A DNA stretch of 64,000 bases from a virus, in IMG/VR virus record IMGVR_UViG_3300042987_002978, positions 32,001 through 96,000 of that record; one strand, given 5' to 3'. The notes under the pieces were generated by a model. It was not told the DNA's origin. It saw only the letters and a program-made list of their open reading frames with translations, and did no database searches. The position numbers and the translations under genes are program-made. This document shows positions 41,611-50,906 of the stretch, in pieces; position 1 is the stretch's first letter; the number at the start of each line of letters is the position of its first letter.

Positions 41611-43068
41611 CTAACCAGTTACCACAACCGTGTAGGCATTCGAAGCAGGGGCCACAGAGAACGAAACTACAACGCTGTCTATTGTGGTCCTTTCAACATC
41701 CGCGATAACGGTGTCGTAATTGGAAGAGTCGTACACCTGAACTACCACGGCACGCGTGCCGAAATTGTGTGTCACTGTGTACGAAACATCTGTGCCGTTA
41801 CCGACAGCCTTGTAGGCCACGCGGGCAAGTGTCGGGGTGCTGGTGTTGCTTCCAGCAGACGGGGTCTCGGCAAGAGCGCCGCGGGCTGCAGATGCACTGG
41901 TCTCGCCAGTACCACCTTGGTCAATCGGAAGAGTTCCGGTCGTGTCGTTGGAGCCCTGAGCAAGGTCAATTGCGTCGCGGCTCAGGACACCGTTCGTGAA
42001 AGTGAGGCCATCACCAGCAAGGTTTCCGCTAAGGGCAAGACCGGCACTGGACGTTACAAGACCGCTGACCGAGCCGTTAATCTTGATTTGCAATTCATCA
42101 TCGGAAATCTCAAGACCACCGTTAATGTGTGGCGCGACAGACAGAACACCGGCAGATGCGCTTAGGCCTGCTCCCGCAGCGCCAGAGGCTATGCGGAGTT
42201 CATCATTGTGAACCTCAATGCTCGTTCCATCAACAAGAACGTTGAGCGTTGAGCCGTCTTTTTCAAGCGCTTCACCGGCGACAATCGTTCCCGCACCGGA
42301 GAACTGGACGAATGTAAGGGGAGTTGTCCCAAGGGTGATTGGGTTGTTCGTTGCGAGAACCCAACCAGTGTCAGCGTACGTTGTACCGTTCGTGACGAAG
42401 GTGAACAAACCAGAAGTGACTTCTGCACTGCTGTCTGCGTCTGTCGAACGTGAAGCCGCGCCAGAGGCAACCGCAACGTAGATACCGTTTTCGCTGGCGG
42501 TTGTCTGGTCCTTGACGAGGACGCGGTCGCCGGCTTCAAGGGTGTGCCCGTCGATTACATCGCCGGCCTCAAGGTCTGTGGCGATGTTGATTGGACCAGT
42601 CGTTGCGACATGAACCGACTGCTTGACGTCAAGGCCGCTGCGAGCCGCATCGACGTATTGCTTGTTCGCTGCATCGAGCGGGTTGGACGGGTCGGCAACC
42701 TGGAATCGACCGTTGCCGTCACGAATGACGAGGGTCCCGGTACCATCCGAAGCGGAGGCGTTGTCCAACTTCGACTTGTCCGAAGCGGACATGACGCCGG
42801 CTTGCGAACTTGAAGCGAGGTTCGGCTCGACCGAAATCGCACCGTTCGTTTCGTTGATTGTTACTGCGGCAGAAGCAGTGCCGACTGAAGAAACAGAGAT
42901 GATTGCTTTCTTCCACGAAGTGCCATCGAAATACTTGATGGTCTTCTCGGTGGAGTTGTAAATGAGGCGGCCCTCAAAGTTGCCCGTGTTCGGGTCAGAC
43001 GCGACGACCTGGAACTTACCGTTCTGCAGTTCGTTTTGGTTAAGGTTAAGGTTTGTTACGAACTTCAT
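41611..43068 (-). CDS. Fibre/appendage protein (COG5301-like domain)
   Basis: DAANKQYVD..GLDVKQSV.VATT...IDG....GDRVLVKDQT.ASENGIY; C-terminal VTHNFGT..V.VQVYD. Confidence 0.75.
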   Translation of the reverse strand: MKFVTNLNLNQNELQNGKFQVVASDPNTGNFEGRLIYNSTEKTIKYFDGTSWKKAIISVSSVGTASAAVTINETNGAISVEPNLASSSQAGVMSASDKSKLDNASASDGTGTLVIRDGNGRFQVADPSNPLDAANKQYVDAARSGLDVKQSVHVATTGPINIATDLEAGDVIDGHTLEAGDRVLVKDQTTASENGIYVAVASGAASRSTDADSSAEVTSGLFTFVTNGTTYADTGWVLATNNPITLGTTPLTFVQFSGAGTIVAGEALEKDGSTLNVLVDGTSIEVHNDELRIASGAAGAGLSASAGVLSVAPHINGGLEISDDELQIKINGSVSGLVTSSAGLALSGNLAGDGLTFTNGVLSRDAIDLAQGSNDTTGTLPIDQGGTGETSASAARGALAETPSAGSNTSTPTLARVAYKAVGNGTDVSYTVTHNFGTRAVVVQVYDSSNYDTVIADVERTTIDSVVVSFSVAPASNAYTVVVTG

Positions 43069-43092
43069 CTCGGACTACCTCCAGAATCTCTC

Positions 43093-43767
43093 CTAAGAAA
43101 GATACGCCTTTCCAGCGAAAGAGTGTGAGAAGGTCACCGTCAGGGCATTTTCTGACAAATAGGTGACCTCACCAACGACCTTCGAAAGCGCCGTATCGAC
43201 GATGCTCACGTTCGGATAGAACTTCATGTTGTGCGTGATGTTCCAGGTTGAGGCGGCAGTCGGCTGGTCGTGGACGTATCGAGAGCGAGTGCGGAGTTCT
43301 TCAATCGCATCCTGAACGTTCGTTGACGTGATTTCAGAAGTTGCATTGAAAGAAATGCCTCCAGCAGAGGCGCTTTCACCGAATGCGTCGTCAACGTACT
43401 CGACAGTCGCATAGTTGACCTGTACAACCGGGTCTATGTTCGGTACTAAATCAGCAAGGTCAACTGTCCCGCCGATTGCGTCTTTGTCCAAAGAAATGAA
43501 GTATTTGTTTAGTGCAGCACCCTTGATTCTCTCAGTGACTTCGTAGGTAACGCCTTTTGGCTCTGTGTCCGTGTCGTTGGTTGCATAAAGAGAAACCGAA
43601 AATGTCCCAGAAGCACTGAGGCTCGCGCTTACTTCCGTCGGGGCAATCGTCAAGTTCTGCGACGGCTGCCGCATCGGGGCGGTGGCAAGAAAGGTCACGC
43701 GCCCTTGGGCCGGGTTGCCAATGCCGTCGAGGAACTCGCCGGTGACGGTGATTTGCGTGAATGCCAT
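43093..43767 (-). CDS. Appendage base/collar-like structural protein
   Basis: N-terminal G.P..GRVTF...GTFSVSL..T.D..P...YEV.E; C-terminal WNITHNMKFYPNVSIVD...FAGKAYLS; coupled to the tail terminator. Confidence 0.6.
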   Translation of the reverse strand: MAFTQITVTGEFLDGIGNPAQGRVTFLATAPMRQPSQNLTIAPTEVSASLSASGTFSVSLYATNDTDTEPKGVTYEVTERIKGAALNKYFISLDKDAIGGTVDLADLVPNIDPVVQVNYATVEYVDDAFGESASAGGISFNATSEITSTNVQDAIEELRTRSRYVHDQPTAASTWNITHNMKFYPNVSIVDTALSKVVGEVTYLSENALTVTFSHSFAGKAYLS

Positions 43768-44156
43768 TATTGCGCCTTCTGAATGACGTTGAGAGTGACC
43801 GAGTGCAAAATTGTATCATCAGTCGATGAGAGGACGCGCTGTATATCGAATACCCTGACCCTGAAAATGTCCTGATTTGCAGTTATCGGCTGGCTATCCA
43901 AGGCAGCAACCACGTCGTCAACCAATGTCGTATTTTCAGCAGTTCGAAGTTGCCATAGGTTCACCCGTACCTGCCTGTTTCGGGCAAGCACGGTTTTGTC
44001 CCCGTAAAGAATCGGCTGGTTTGTCACCTCATCGCTGATTGTGACGTACGGGTACTCCGTTTCCGGCGGAGCAATGTCCCTGTAAATCTTAGAGTTGACA
44101 CCAGCAAGATTTGCATTGACGAGTGTCGTCCTGATTGCGCCGCCGACGGATGCCAT
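43767..44156 (-). CDS. Tail terminator/completion protein
   Basis: KIYRDIAP....YPYVTI motif; position after the HK97-gp10-like gene. Confidence 0.7.
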   Translation of the reverse strand: MASVGGAIRTTLVNANLAGVNSKIYRDIAPPETEYPYVTISDEVTNQPILYGDKTVLARNRQVRVNLWQLRTAENTTLVDDVVAALDSQPITANQDIFRVRVFDIQRVLSSTDDTILHSVTLNVIQKAQ

Positions 44157-44722
44157 TAGAAACCCAAATCAATCACGATGTTGTTACCTTTTTGGTTCTG
44201 TTTGCGGATGTTCCGCTCGTACGCACGCTCAAGACTCACCTTGACAACGTCTTCGGCGATTGATGCCACGAATTGCCTTGCTGGAAGCATGAATGGACGA
44301 GCGGGAATTCGAGGAGTTCCATACTCAAGTTCACGCGCAAATGGAGCAGTCACACCAAATTCAGCGACAGCAGGATTGTCTTTACTCTTGCTATTCAGTT
44401 GAGCATAGATACTTGACTCAAGTGTCCCGCCCTGAGTCGCAGCAGGCGGTTGACCTGGTTGCGAGGAATAACGTATTTGCCCTTTGTGATAGTACGGTTT
44501 ATAACTGCCCGGCTTGCTTATTTCTTGACGGATTTGATTGGCGCCCAAAAATGCAAGTGCTTTTGCTGTGTCGTTCATCGCGTAAACGCCGGCCATAACC
44601 ATGTTCTTCAAACGTGCATCAAGTTTTTTAAATGCATCCAAAATTGTTCCGGTTGGGGTTTGAGCAGTCCATACTTCGTCGGCCATTCCTGGAAAACTAA
44701 AACCGCCTCGTATTTGTGCCAT
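44156..44722 (-). CDS. HK97-gp10-like neck protein
   Basis: SQPGQPPA..G.L..SI, APFARELEYGT.RIPARPFMLPA. Confidence 0.85.
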   Translation of the reverse strand: MAQIRGGFSFPGMADEVWTAQTPTGTILDAFKKLDARLKNMVMAGVYAMNDTAKALAFLGANQIRQEISKPGSYKPYYHKGQIRYSSQPGQPPAATQGGTLESSIYAQLNSKSKDNPAVAEFGVTAPFARELEYGTPRIPARPFMLPARQFVASIAEDVVKVSLERAYERNIRKQNQKGNNIVIDLGF

Positions 44723-44723
44723 A

Positions 44724-45065
44724 TCAGCGCAACGTCCTTCTGCACTCTGCACGAACGTGAGTTTTTGTGTACATCAATGCATCTATTTCATACGTGCCAT
44801 TCACGACCGGATTGATTCCGGAAAGAACTATCTGGTCTCCGTATGTAACAGGAGCATCAAGAGGAATGCGGCAAATGATGTTTCTCTCTTCGCTAAGTTG
44901 TCCAGTCGTTCCCTCATCAACGTCTTCTGATGAATTCTGATGGACAGAACCATAAACCGTCGTGTCTGAACCTGCGTTGCTCCAGATGCCTTCGTCTTCC
45001 GCAGCCGAGTCTGCAAAATCTGGACTCATGTTGCGAATCACGATTGGCGTTCGCGCGCCTCGCAT
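44724..45065 (-). CDS. Head closure (stopper) protein
   Basis: Position and size; V.YGDQI...YEID...H pattern. Confidence 0.65.
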   Translation of the reverse strand: MRGARTPIVIRNMSPDFADSAAEDEGIWSNAGSDTTVYGSVHQNSSEDVDEGTTGQLSEERNIICRIPLDAPVTYGDQIVLSGINPVVNGTYEIDALMYTKTHVRAECRRTLR

Positions 45066-45067
45066 GG

Positions 45068-45628
45068 CTAGACAATCACCCTTCGTTTGAATCGTTTTAC
45101 TGAATTCAATTCTGATTGGGTGAATCCACCTTCTCCGTTGTCAGGGAAGACATAGTCCGTCCCTTCGACTTTGAACCGCGCAAGACCCTGTGCATCAATC
45201 AGAAACTTTCCCATCTCCCTCGTTGCCGCAGAATAAATGACTCGCTCAAGCGCGACCGTGTCACTGCTCGTCATGCCGGCCGTGTAAGTGACCAGGGCCT
45301 GGTTGCCGGTTCCAGCAATTCTGATGTTGTCGATGCCCCACGGGAAAATGTCGAAGTCTGCGATGTTCTGCTGGACTTCTTCGCCGGGCATGCCGACATA
45401 AAAAGAAGTGATGCTCTGCACCGGGGCATGTCGGAGGAATATCTGTCTTTGATTCGGCACGAGTTTGTGCTCTTCTTCCGTGTAGACACGTGCGCCCAGC
45501 GGGCGGTTCAGGTAATACTCAAGTTCTGCTTCCAGGCTTGAAATAATCGACTGAGCGGCATCCTCTTGGGCGGTTGTGAATGTCTTGCCCATATATATCT
45601 CTAAGTCGTTCGGGGTGAGAATGGCCAT
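45068..45628 (-). CDS. Head-tail adaptor (gp6/YqbG-like)
   Basis: LT..DLE.Y, LEYYLNRPL, LRHAPVQSI, VTYTAG motifs. Confidence 0.8.
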   Translation of the reverse strand: MAILTPNDLEIYMGKTFTTAQEDAAQSIISSLEAELEYYLNRPLGARVYTEEEHKLVPNQRQIFLRHAPVQSITSFYVGMPGEEVQQNIADFDIFPWGIDNIRIAGTGNQALVTYTAGMTSSDTVALERVIYSAATREMGKFLIDAQGLARFKVEGTDYVFPDNGEGGFTQSELNSVKRFKRRVIV

Positions 45629-45670
45629 GCGGCCGATAATACACCAGACAAGAAAATTATTGAAATTGGC

Positions 45671-46066
45671 TTACTTTGCCTCGCAAACCCAGAATATGTC
45701 CTTATAGGCAAAAGCCGCATAATCATCGTCGCCCATGTCCAAAAGAAATCCGAGTTCGTCAGACTTTATCCTGATGTCGATTTTCTCGACGACGCCGAAG
45801 CATGAATGCATGATGATGTTCTCATCGTCAAGGAGTTCCCAGCCATAGCGGACTTCGATGTTTTTGCCGAGTTCGTACGCGCTATGAATCATCCCTGTGG
45901 CAGTTAGGGTGGCGATGAGTTGTTCATAAGGGTTTTCGGGGCTGAAATCGTCTCTCGCCATAAAGAGTTTCATGATGCCGGTTTTGATTAGGGCAAAAGC
46001 GTGGGGATGACCCCAGGCGTTGGCAAAGTCGTATCCCGTTGAGCCGTCTTTCTCGGACTCGTCCAC
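45671..46066 (-). CDS. Hypothetical acidic protein
   Basis: Fills the gap in the operon; GTG start adjacent to the upstream stop. Confidence 0.6.
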   Translation of the reverse strand: MDESEKDGSTGYDFANAWGHPHAFALIKTGIMKLFMARDDFSPENPYEQLIATLTATGMIHSAYELGKNIEVRYGWELLDDENIIMHSCFGVVEKIDIRIKSDELGFLLDMGDDDYAAFAYKDIFWVCEAK

Positions 46067-46069
46067 GGG

Positions 46070-46228
46070 CTATTTCGTTTCGATATTGGCGACAGACGAA
46101 ACGGTGATTGGAAGGACCTTGTACTTCTTTGCCTCTTCGACCGTCATGCGGTCGCCTCGGCTCTTGACCTTGACGGCGACTCCGTTGCGGGTCTCGAAGA
46201 TATCTCGTGGCGCAATTACGTGTGTCAT
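46070..46228 (-). CDS. Small post-capsid hypothetical protein (52 aa)
   Basis: MTHVIAPRDIF...GDRMTVEEAKKY...ETK; leaderless TATGAT-N6-ATG. Confidence 0.7.
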   Translation of the reverse strand: MTHVIAPRDIFETRNGVAVKVKSRGDRMTVEEAKKYKVLPITVSSVANIETK

Positions 46229-46255
46229 GACTACATCATACCTGATTGTCAATAT

Positions 46256-46286
46256 AAAAAGAAAGGCCCGGGGTTTCCCCCGGGCC
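46256..46286 (-). terminator. Rho-independent terminator after major capsid gene
   Basis: GGCCCGGG-loop-CCCGGGCC followed by TTTCTTTTT on -. Confidence 0.85.
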
Positions 46287-46306
46287 AATCTTTTGATTCG
46301 TCAGAA

Positions 46307-47575
46307 TCAGGGCGCGCTGTCGAATTCGACTTCGACGAACGACTCCGGACGCTTGACAGCAAGAGCAAGACGCTCTTCGGCCAGAATCGCAACTGCGTTC
46401 CGGATGAAGAAGTCGCTGTGCTGCTCGGCGACGCGGATGTTGCCTTCCATGCGGTCGTACAGCGTGGCGCCGATACCGAACGCACCCACGAGAGCGAAGC
46501 CCTCAGTGATGGCCGGAGTGGCAACCATCGGCAGACGCCACAGGCGAGCCTCGGCACCCATCGAGACGGACATGACCATCAGGTGACGGTCCTCTCCATC
46601 CTTCGTGAGTTCGAGGTCTTCCATGTCGTTCGGGTGAACGATGATGCCTGTCGGCTCGTAGTACGCGAGCAGCGACTTGGTGATACCGCGACGGATTGCG
46701 TCGATGCGGGTGTCACCAGTGACGCCATCGCTCCAGGCCTGAGTCTGGATGCCCGAGGTCTCACGGATGCCGGTCAGGTTCGAACCTGTGCCGTCGCCGT
46801 TGAGAATCTGGTCATCTTCGACAAGGCGGAGGCCGTACAGCAACTCGTTGTCGATGATGCCACGGAGTGTGGGCTCATCGTCAAGCACGTTGCGGTGGGC
46901 AACCTCGTAGTGGGCGATTGTGCGGACCGGAGCCTGCACACCCACGACTGTCATGGACGACTGCGGCTTGGCTGTGAACACGGCGGGCGAACCCGAGCGC
47001 TCAGCAACTGTCGACGCGTTGTTGGTAAATCCGCTGACGCGGAAGTACTCAATCATGTTGGTGTTGGTCTGCTGCACCGGGAACAGGTCGCGGACTCGCA
47101 TGACGCGCTTGGCGCGCTCAACGATGCCTTCACGGACCGGCGAACCGAAGTCGCCAGGCGTGCCTGTGGGCAGTGCAGTGAAGATGTCCTTCACCTGGTA
47201 CGGAGCATGCATGGTGTAGCCATTGCGGCCATTGCTCATGCTCTTGAACTCATCCGACTCGACGAAGCGCTGGCCGAGTGACTTCTTTTCGTCACCAGGC
47301 AAGTAGAGCGACTTCGGGGCAGCCGCGGCGGGAGCCGACGAACCGGCGGCCCAAGCCTTGACTTCCTGAAGACCCTCAAGGGCCTCAATCTCTGCACGGA
47401 TTTCGCGCGCCTTGGCAAGTCCCGAACGGAACGCCTCGACGTGCTTTGCTTCAACTTGAACTTCAGGGCCGCCCTCTTCACGGTTGGCCTCGACATGGTC
47501 GACGATAGCGTCGTTCTGTGCGAGGACATCCTTGAGTGCACCCTTAAGTTCCTTCAAACGGCTATCCATAGCCAT
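46307..47575 (-). CDS. Major capsid protein, HK97 fold, with N-terminal delta domain
   Basis: VRTIAH...LDD...L..EDDQILNGDGTG.NL.GI, LWRLPMV.T, FIRNAVAILAEERLALAVKRPESF. Confidence 0.97.
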   Translation of the reverse strand: MAMDSRLKELKGALKDVLAQNDAIVDHVEANREEGGPEVQVEAKHVEAFRSGLAKAREIRAEIEALEGLQEVKAWAAGSSAPAAAAPKSLYLPGDEKKSLGQRFVESDEFKSMSNGRNGYTMHAPYQVKDIFTALPTGTPGDFGSPVREGIVERAKRVMRVRDLFPVQQTNTNMIEYFRVSGFTNNASTVAERSGSPAVFTAKPQSSMTVVGVQAPVRTIAHYEVAHRNVLDDEPTLRGIIDNELLYGLRLVEDDQILNGDGTGSNLTGIRETSGIQTQAWSDGVTGDTRIDAIRRGITKSLLAYYEPTGIIVHPNDMEDLELTKDGEDRHLMVMSVSMGAEARLWRLPMVATPAITEGFALVGAFGIGATLYDRMEGNIRVAEQHSDFFIRNAVAILAEERLALAVKRPESFVEVEFDSAP

Positions 47576-47678
47576 AGTAGGTACTCCTTTTTAGAGTGTT
47601 TGTAACTTATAGGACGACAAGGTAAGCACCTCGCCGTAACAGAGTATGCTACAACATAAACACCTTGTCAAGCAGGTG

Positions 47679-47978
47679 CTATTCGTCTTCTTCGTCGTTT
47701 TTGTCTTCCTCTTCCAAGAAGGCGTCAAACAGGTTGTCAATCATCGTCACCGAATTGGCATTGAACGGTTCGACCAGTACGTTGCCCTTAAAGGTGATTT
47801 TTGGGGCCGGGGTGGCAGCCCTAAGGATTGAGGCAACCTTGTCAAGAACCGCAGAAGCAACGAATGGGGGTATCGAGCCGAGGTCTACGTGAATCGGCTC
47901 GTCCATATCGTCATGGGATACGGAAATCGTGATTACTGGGAACTGAATGTCACCATCGTCCTGAAAATCAGGCCTCAT
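47679..47978 (-). CDS. Hypothetical acidic protein
   Basis: Start MRPDFQ overlaps the phosphoesterase stop. Confidence 0.65.
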   Translation of the reverse strand: MRPDFQDDGDIQFPVITISVSHDDMDEPIHVDLGSIPPFVASAVLDKVASILRAATPAPKITFKGNVLVEPFNANSVTMIDNLFDAFLEEEDKNDEEDE

Positions 47979-49152
47979 ACTCGACACCCCTGAAGATGCC
48001 CCTCCCGTTGTAAATCCACATCTGCTCGTAGTTGAACCACTCTTCCTTGACGCCCTTGGGCTGGTATTGGACCACGGCAAGGCCTTGCTGCCAGTTCTCT
48101 GCACCCTGCATCAATGGACGACCGAATTCGTCAGAGCCAGACTTGGTTGAAGGAACTGCTCCGTCAATCCTGCACAAGCAACCAGGGCTGGCGGCCATGA
48201 TTGTGCGCGGACCCGCCTCAGAGACTCGCGTCCGATAAGCAACCTCGACTCGGTGAATGTGTCCGTAGATGACCGACTTGTGTGCGTCGTTCAAATACTT
48301 CGTCGTAGTTGAGCCATTCGAAGTGACCCTGTCTCCGTGCCTGATGATGAGATTCTCGTTCAGGGCCAGGAAGGATTCCGGATACCCAGACAGATACTCA
48401 ATTTGGAATTCGTCCATGCGACAAAGATTCGGGACTGACAAAACCGGCCAGTTGTCCCGCAGTTCGTCGTTCAGTTTCCCGCGCGTAAGACCGAATGCCG
48501 CCTCGGCGTTCATCTGCACGTATCGGGCAAGTCGCGCCTCGTGGTTGCCGGCAATCCATGTAATCTTCGCGCTTGGCGCAGCGGCACGGATTTGCGCGCA
48601 CAACAAAGTTGCGCGGTCAATCGTGGCCTGTGTCAGTTGCTTGAATGTCGGGGCAGTCAAATACTTGCCGAACTCTGCGAAGTCAAGATTGTCGCCCAAC
48701 AACACCACTTGGTCTGGGTTCATGTCTTGGACAAGTTTCAAAGCGATGGAGATTGCCTTTTCGTCGTGAATCGGCTCCAGGTGCGCATTCTGCTCAAGGG
48801 ACTTTTTGTAGTAGCCCATTTGCATGTCAGGCAAGATGACTGCTGTTTCCCACTCTTTTGTCTTGCGTGATTTGGCCTTGATTTTTGGAATGTTGTACTT
48901 GGGACCAGGAACGATTACCGGCCATTCCGGACCCGAATCCCACTTGGGGCTGAGAACCAGGCTCGCGCCGCGAAGGTCATGAATTTGTGCTTCGCCAGCC
49001 TCGTCTTTTGTGACCGTCTGCCATTTGCCGACTTTCATCGATTTGATTGAACCGACCTCTTCTGGCTTGATGTTGTGTTCCTTCAGCAGTTTCGCGACTG
49101 CCTCTATGTGTGATTTCTCGGACACTTTATTTATGTCGTCTGACAATGGCAT
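47968..49152 (-). CDS. Calcineurin-like metallophosphoesterase
   Basis: LPDMQ, LGDNLD, GNHE, RHG, GHIHR motifs; NWQQG. Confidence 0.9.
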   Translation of the reverse strand: MPLSDDINKVSEKSHIEAVAKLLKEHNIKPEEVGSIKSMKVGKWQTVTKDEAGEAQIHDLRGASLVLSPKWDSGPEWPVIVPGPKYNIPKIKAKSRKTKEWETAVILPDMQMGYYKKSLEQNAHLEPIHDEKAISIALKLVQDMNPDQVVLLGDNLDFAEFGKYLTAPTFKQLTQATIDRATLLCAQIRAAAPSAKITWIAGNHEARLARYVQMNAEAAFGLTRGKLNDELRDNWPVLSVPNLCRMDEFQIEYLSGYPESFLALNENLIIRHGDRVTSNGSTTTKYLNDAHKSVIYGHIHRVEVAYRTRVSEAGPRTIMAASPGCLCRIDGAVPSTKSGSDEFGRPLMQGAENWQQGLAVVQYQPKGVKEEWFNYEQMWIYNGRGIFRGVEYEA

Positions 49153-49154
49153 GA

Positions 49155-49409
49155 TTATTTCCCTCCAAGAGTGTTTGTAGTGCGAAGTGTTATCCCATTT
49201 GCTCTGCGCCATTGGTTGATTGCCCAGCAGCCGCATTCAATTTTGTTTTTGCGCAGAACTCGCTCTATTGCGCGAGTTGGAACGTCAGGGTCTAACAAAG
49301 CCTTCTTCAGGCTCTCGGCATCTTTCTTGTTCAGAGATGCAAGAAGATTGTCGACCTTCAGCGATTGATGCTGCTTGGTCTCCGATTTACATTCCTCGTA
49401 AAAGTCCAT
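49155..49409 (-). CDS. Small helical (HTH-like) protein
   Basis: GGAGG RBS; L..ALLD...RAIERVL...I.QWRR pattern. Confidence 0.6.
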   Translation of the reverse strand: MDFYEECKSETKQHQSLKVDNLLASLNKKDAESLKKALLDPDVPTRAIERVLRKNKIECGCWAINQWRRANGITLRTTNTLGGK

Positions 49410-49460
49410 GTGCCTCCATGGTTGGTAAATCCGCCCATGGAGAGATTAGCACATGCGTGG

Positions 49461-50906
49461 TTACTGCTTGGTGATTTCCTTAAGCAGGTTGTGGAACTCT
49501 TTGAGTTCGTCGAACGAAATCGATGCTTTGGCTTCGACGACCGGCTGCTCTTCGGCTGGTGTCTCTTCCGCCTTCGCCTCTTCCGTCACGACTTCTTCCG
49601 CCTTGACCTCTTCAGTCAATGTCTCGGTTGCAGGTGTCTCTTCGACTGATGTTTCTTCAACTGCAGCAACGACATCTTCTGCCTTGACTTCCTCGACGAC
49701 TGTTTCTTCTGCAACGGGAGTCTCTTCGACGACATCGGACTTCTCTTCGCTGTCCAACTCTGCGAGACGCTTCAGAACTTCAGCGTTCTGCTCGATAACA
49801 CGCTTGACAAGCGCGCTGAACTCTGGGTCGATGCTCTTCATTGCTGTCTCCTCATCATCTTCTTCTTCACTATCGTAGTCATCTTCGCCGTCCCCAGTGG
49901 GCAAGGCTTCCTCTACCGTCAGGCCGTCGCCTCGGGCGACGACAGTGACGTTGGTTGAGTGCCATTCGCCCTCTGATTTGGCCGATTTTGAGGACTCTTC
50001 CATGTCCTCGTCGTCCTCGGGCTCCTCTTCCTCCTCGTACTCTTCTTTCATCCAGACCCTGATAACAAAGGCCGGATTGTCTTCCGAACCCTCGATTTCA
50101 AGGCCTTGAGGCTCGCCGCGGGCCATGCCATCTGTAACGACCTCCACCACGTCCCCGTAGTACTTGCCCTTTGAGGTGTCCCAAGAGACGATTGCACCCT
50201 TTTCGGGCATGCCATCGGCCTTTTCCATGACGACGAACGTGCGGAGTTTTATTTCTGCGTAATCCAGTTCGTAAAACTCGCCGGTCCTGGCATCCTTTTC
50301 GTCAATCTGCTCGACCAAAGCGACATCATCATCGGCCTCGACAACGATGCCCTTGAACTCTTGGTCCCCTTCCATCCAAGAGACATCGCTCTCGACGTCA
50401 ATGATGTTGTCCAAATCCTCTAGGCCCTTAACGGTCAAATCCAAGGTCTCAGCAAGCGGGGCGTCGATGAGGCCCTTGAACATCATGATTGCGTCCACGT
50501 CCTCATCGGACTTGAGTTCTGGTGCCTCTCGGTCGGCGTCTTTGTAGTGGGCTGCAATGTGGCGATATACGCCCTGTCGTGCCGCACCGCGGAGAACAGT
50601 CCCTTGACGCCCACCATTCAGGACAGCAACCGAGTTTGCCAATGCGCGGCCTGATGCCTCTCCGGCAGCGCCGTCTGAGCCGACAAAATGATGGATGAAG
50701 GAATAATGAGTCTTTCGGGTTCCCTTTGTGTTGGGGAGTTGGAACGCAAAAATATCGTTGTAGTAACTAGGGGTGGCCGGCGAGCGCATTTTCTTGAATT
50801 GCGCAGTGCGGTCCCAAGCAGAACTCAAATCGACTGAAGTGGAATGAACCGGAACAACACGACCGTTCGGCCCGGTTTCCTTCAGTTCAACTTCTTGTTC
50901 ACTCAT
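49461..50906 (-). CDS. Scaffold-like head protein with accessory domains duplicated from the protease
   Basis: N-terminal domain paralogous to the protease C-terminal domain; Tudor/SH3-like domain; very acidic E/V/A/T C-terminal half. Confidence 0.65.
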   Translation of the reverse strand: MSEQEVELKETGPNGRVVPVHSTSVDLSSAWDRTAQFKKMRSPATPSYYNDIFAFQLPNTKGTRKTHYSFIHHFVGSDGAAGEASGRALANSVAVLNGGRQGTVLRGAARQGVYRHIAAHYKDADREAPELKSDEDVDAIMMFKGLIDAPLAETLDLTVKGLEDLDNIIDVESDVSWMEGDQEFKGIVVEADDDVALVEQIDEKDARTGEFYELDYAEIKLRTFVVMEKADGMPEKGAIVSWDTSKGKYYGDVVEVVTDGMARGEPQGLEIEGSEDNPAFVIRVWMKEEYEEEEEPEDDEDMEESSKSAKSEGEWHSTNVTVVARGDGLTVEEALPTGDGEDDYDSEEEDDEETAMKSIDPEFSALVKRVIEQNAEVLKRLAELDSEEKSDVVEETPVAEETVVEEVKAEDVVAAVEETSVEETPATETLTEEVKAEEVVTEEAKAEETPAEEQPVVEAKASISFDELKEFHNLLKEITKQ

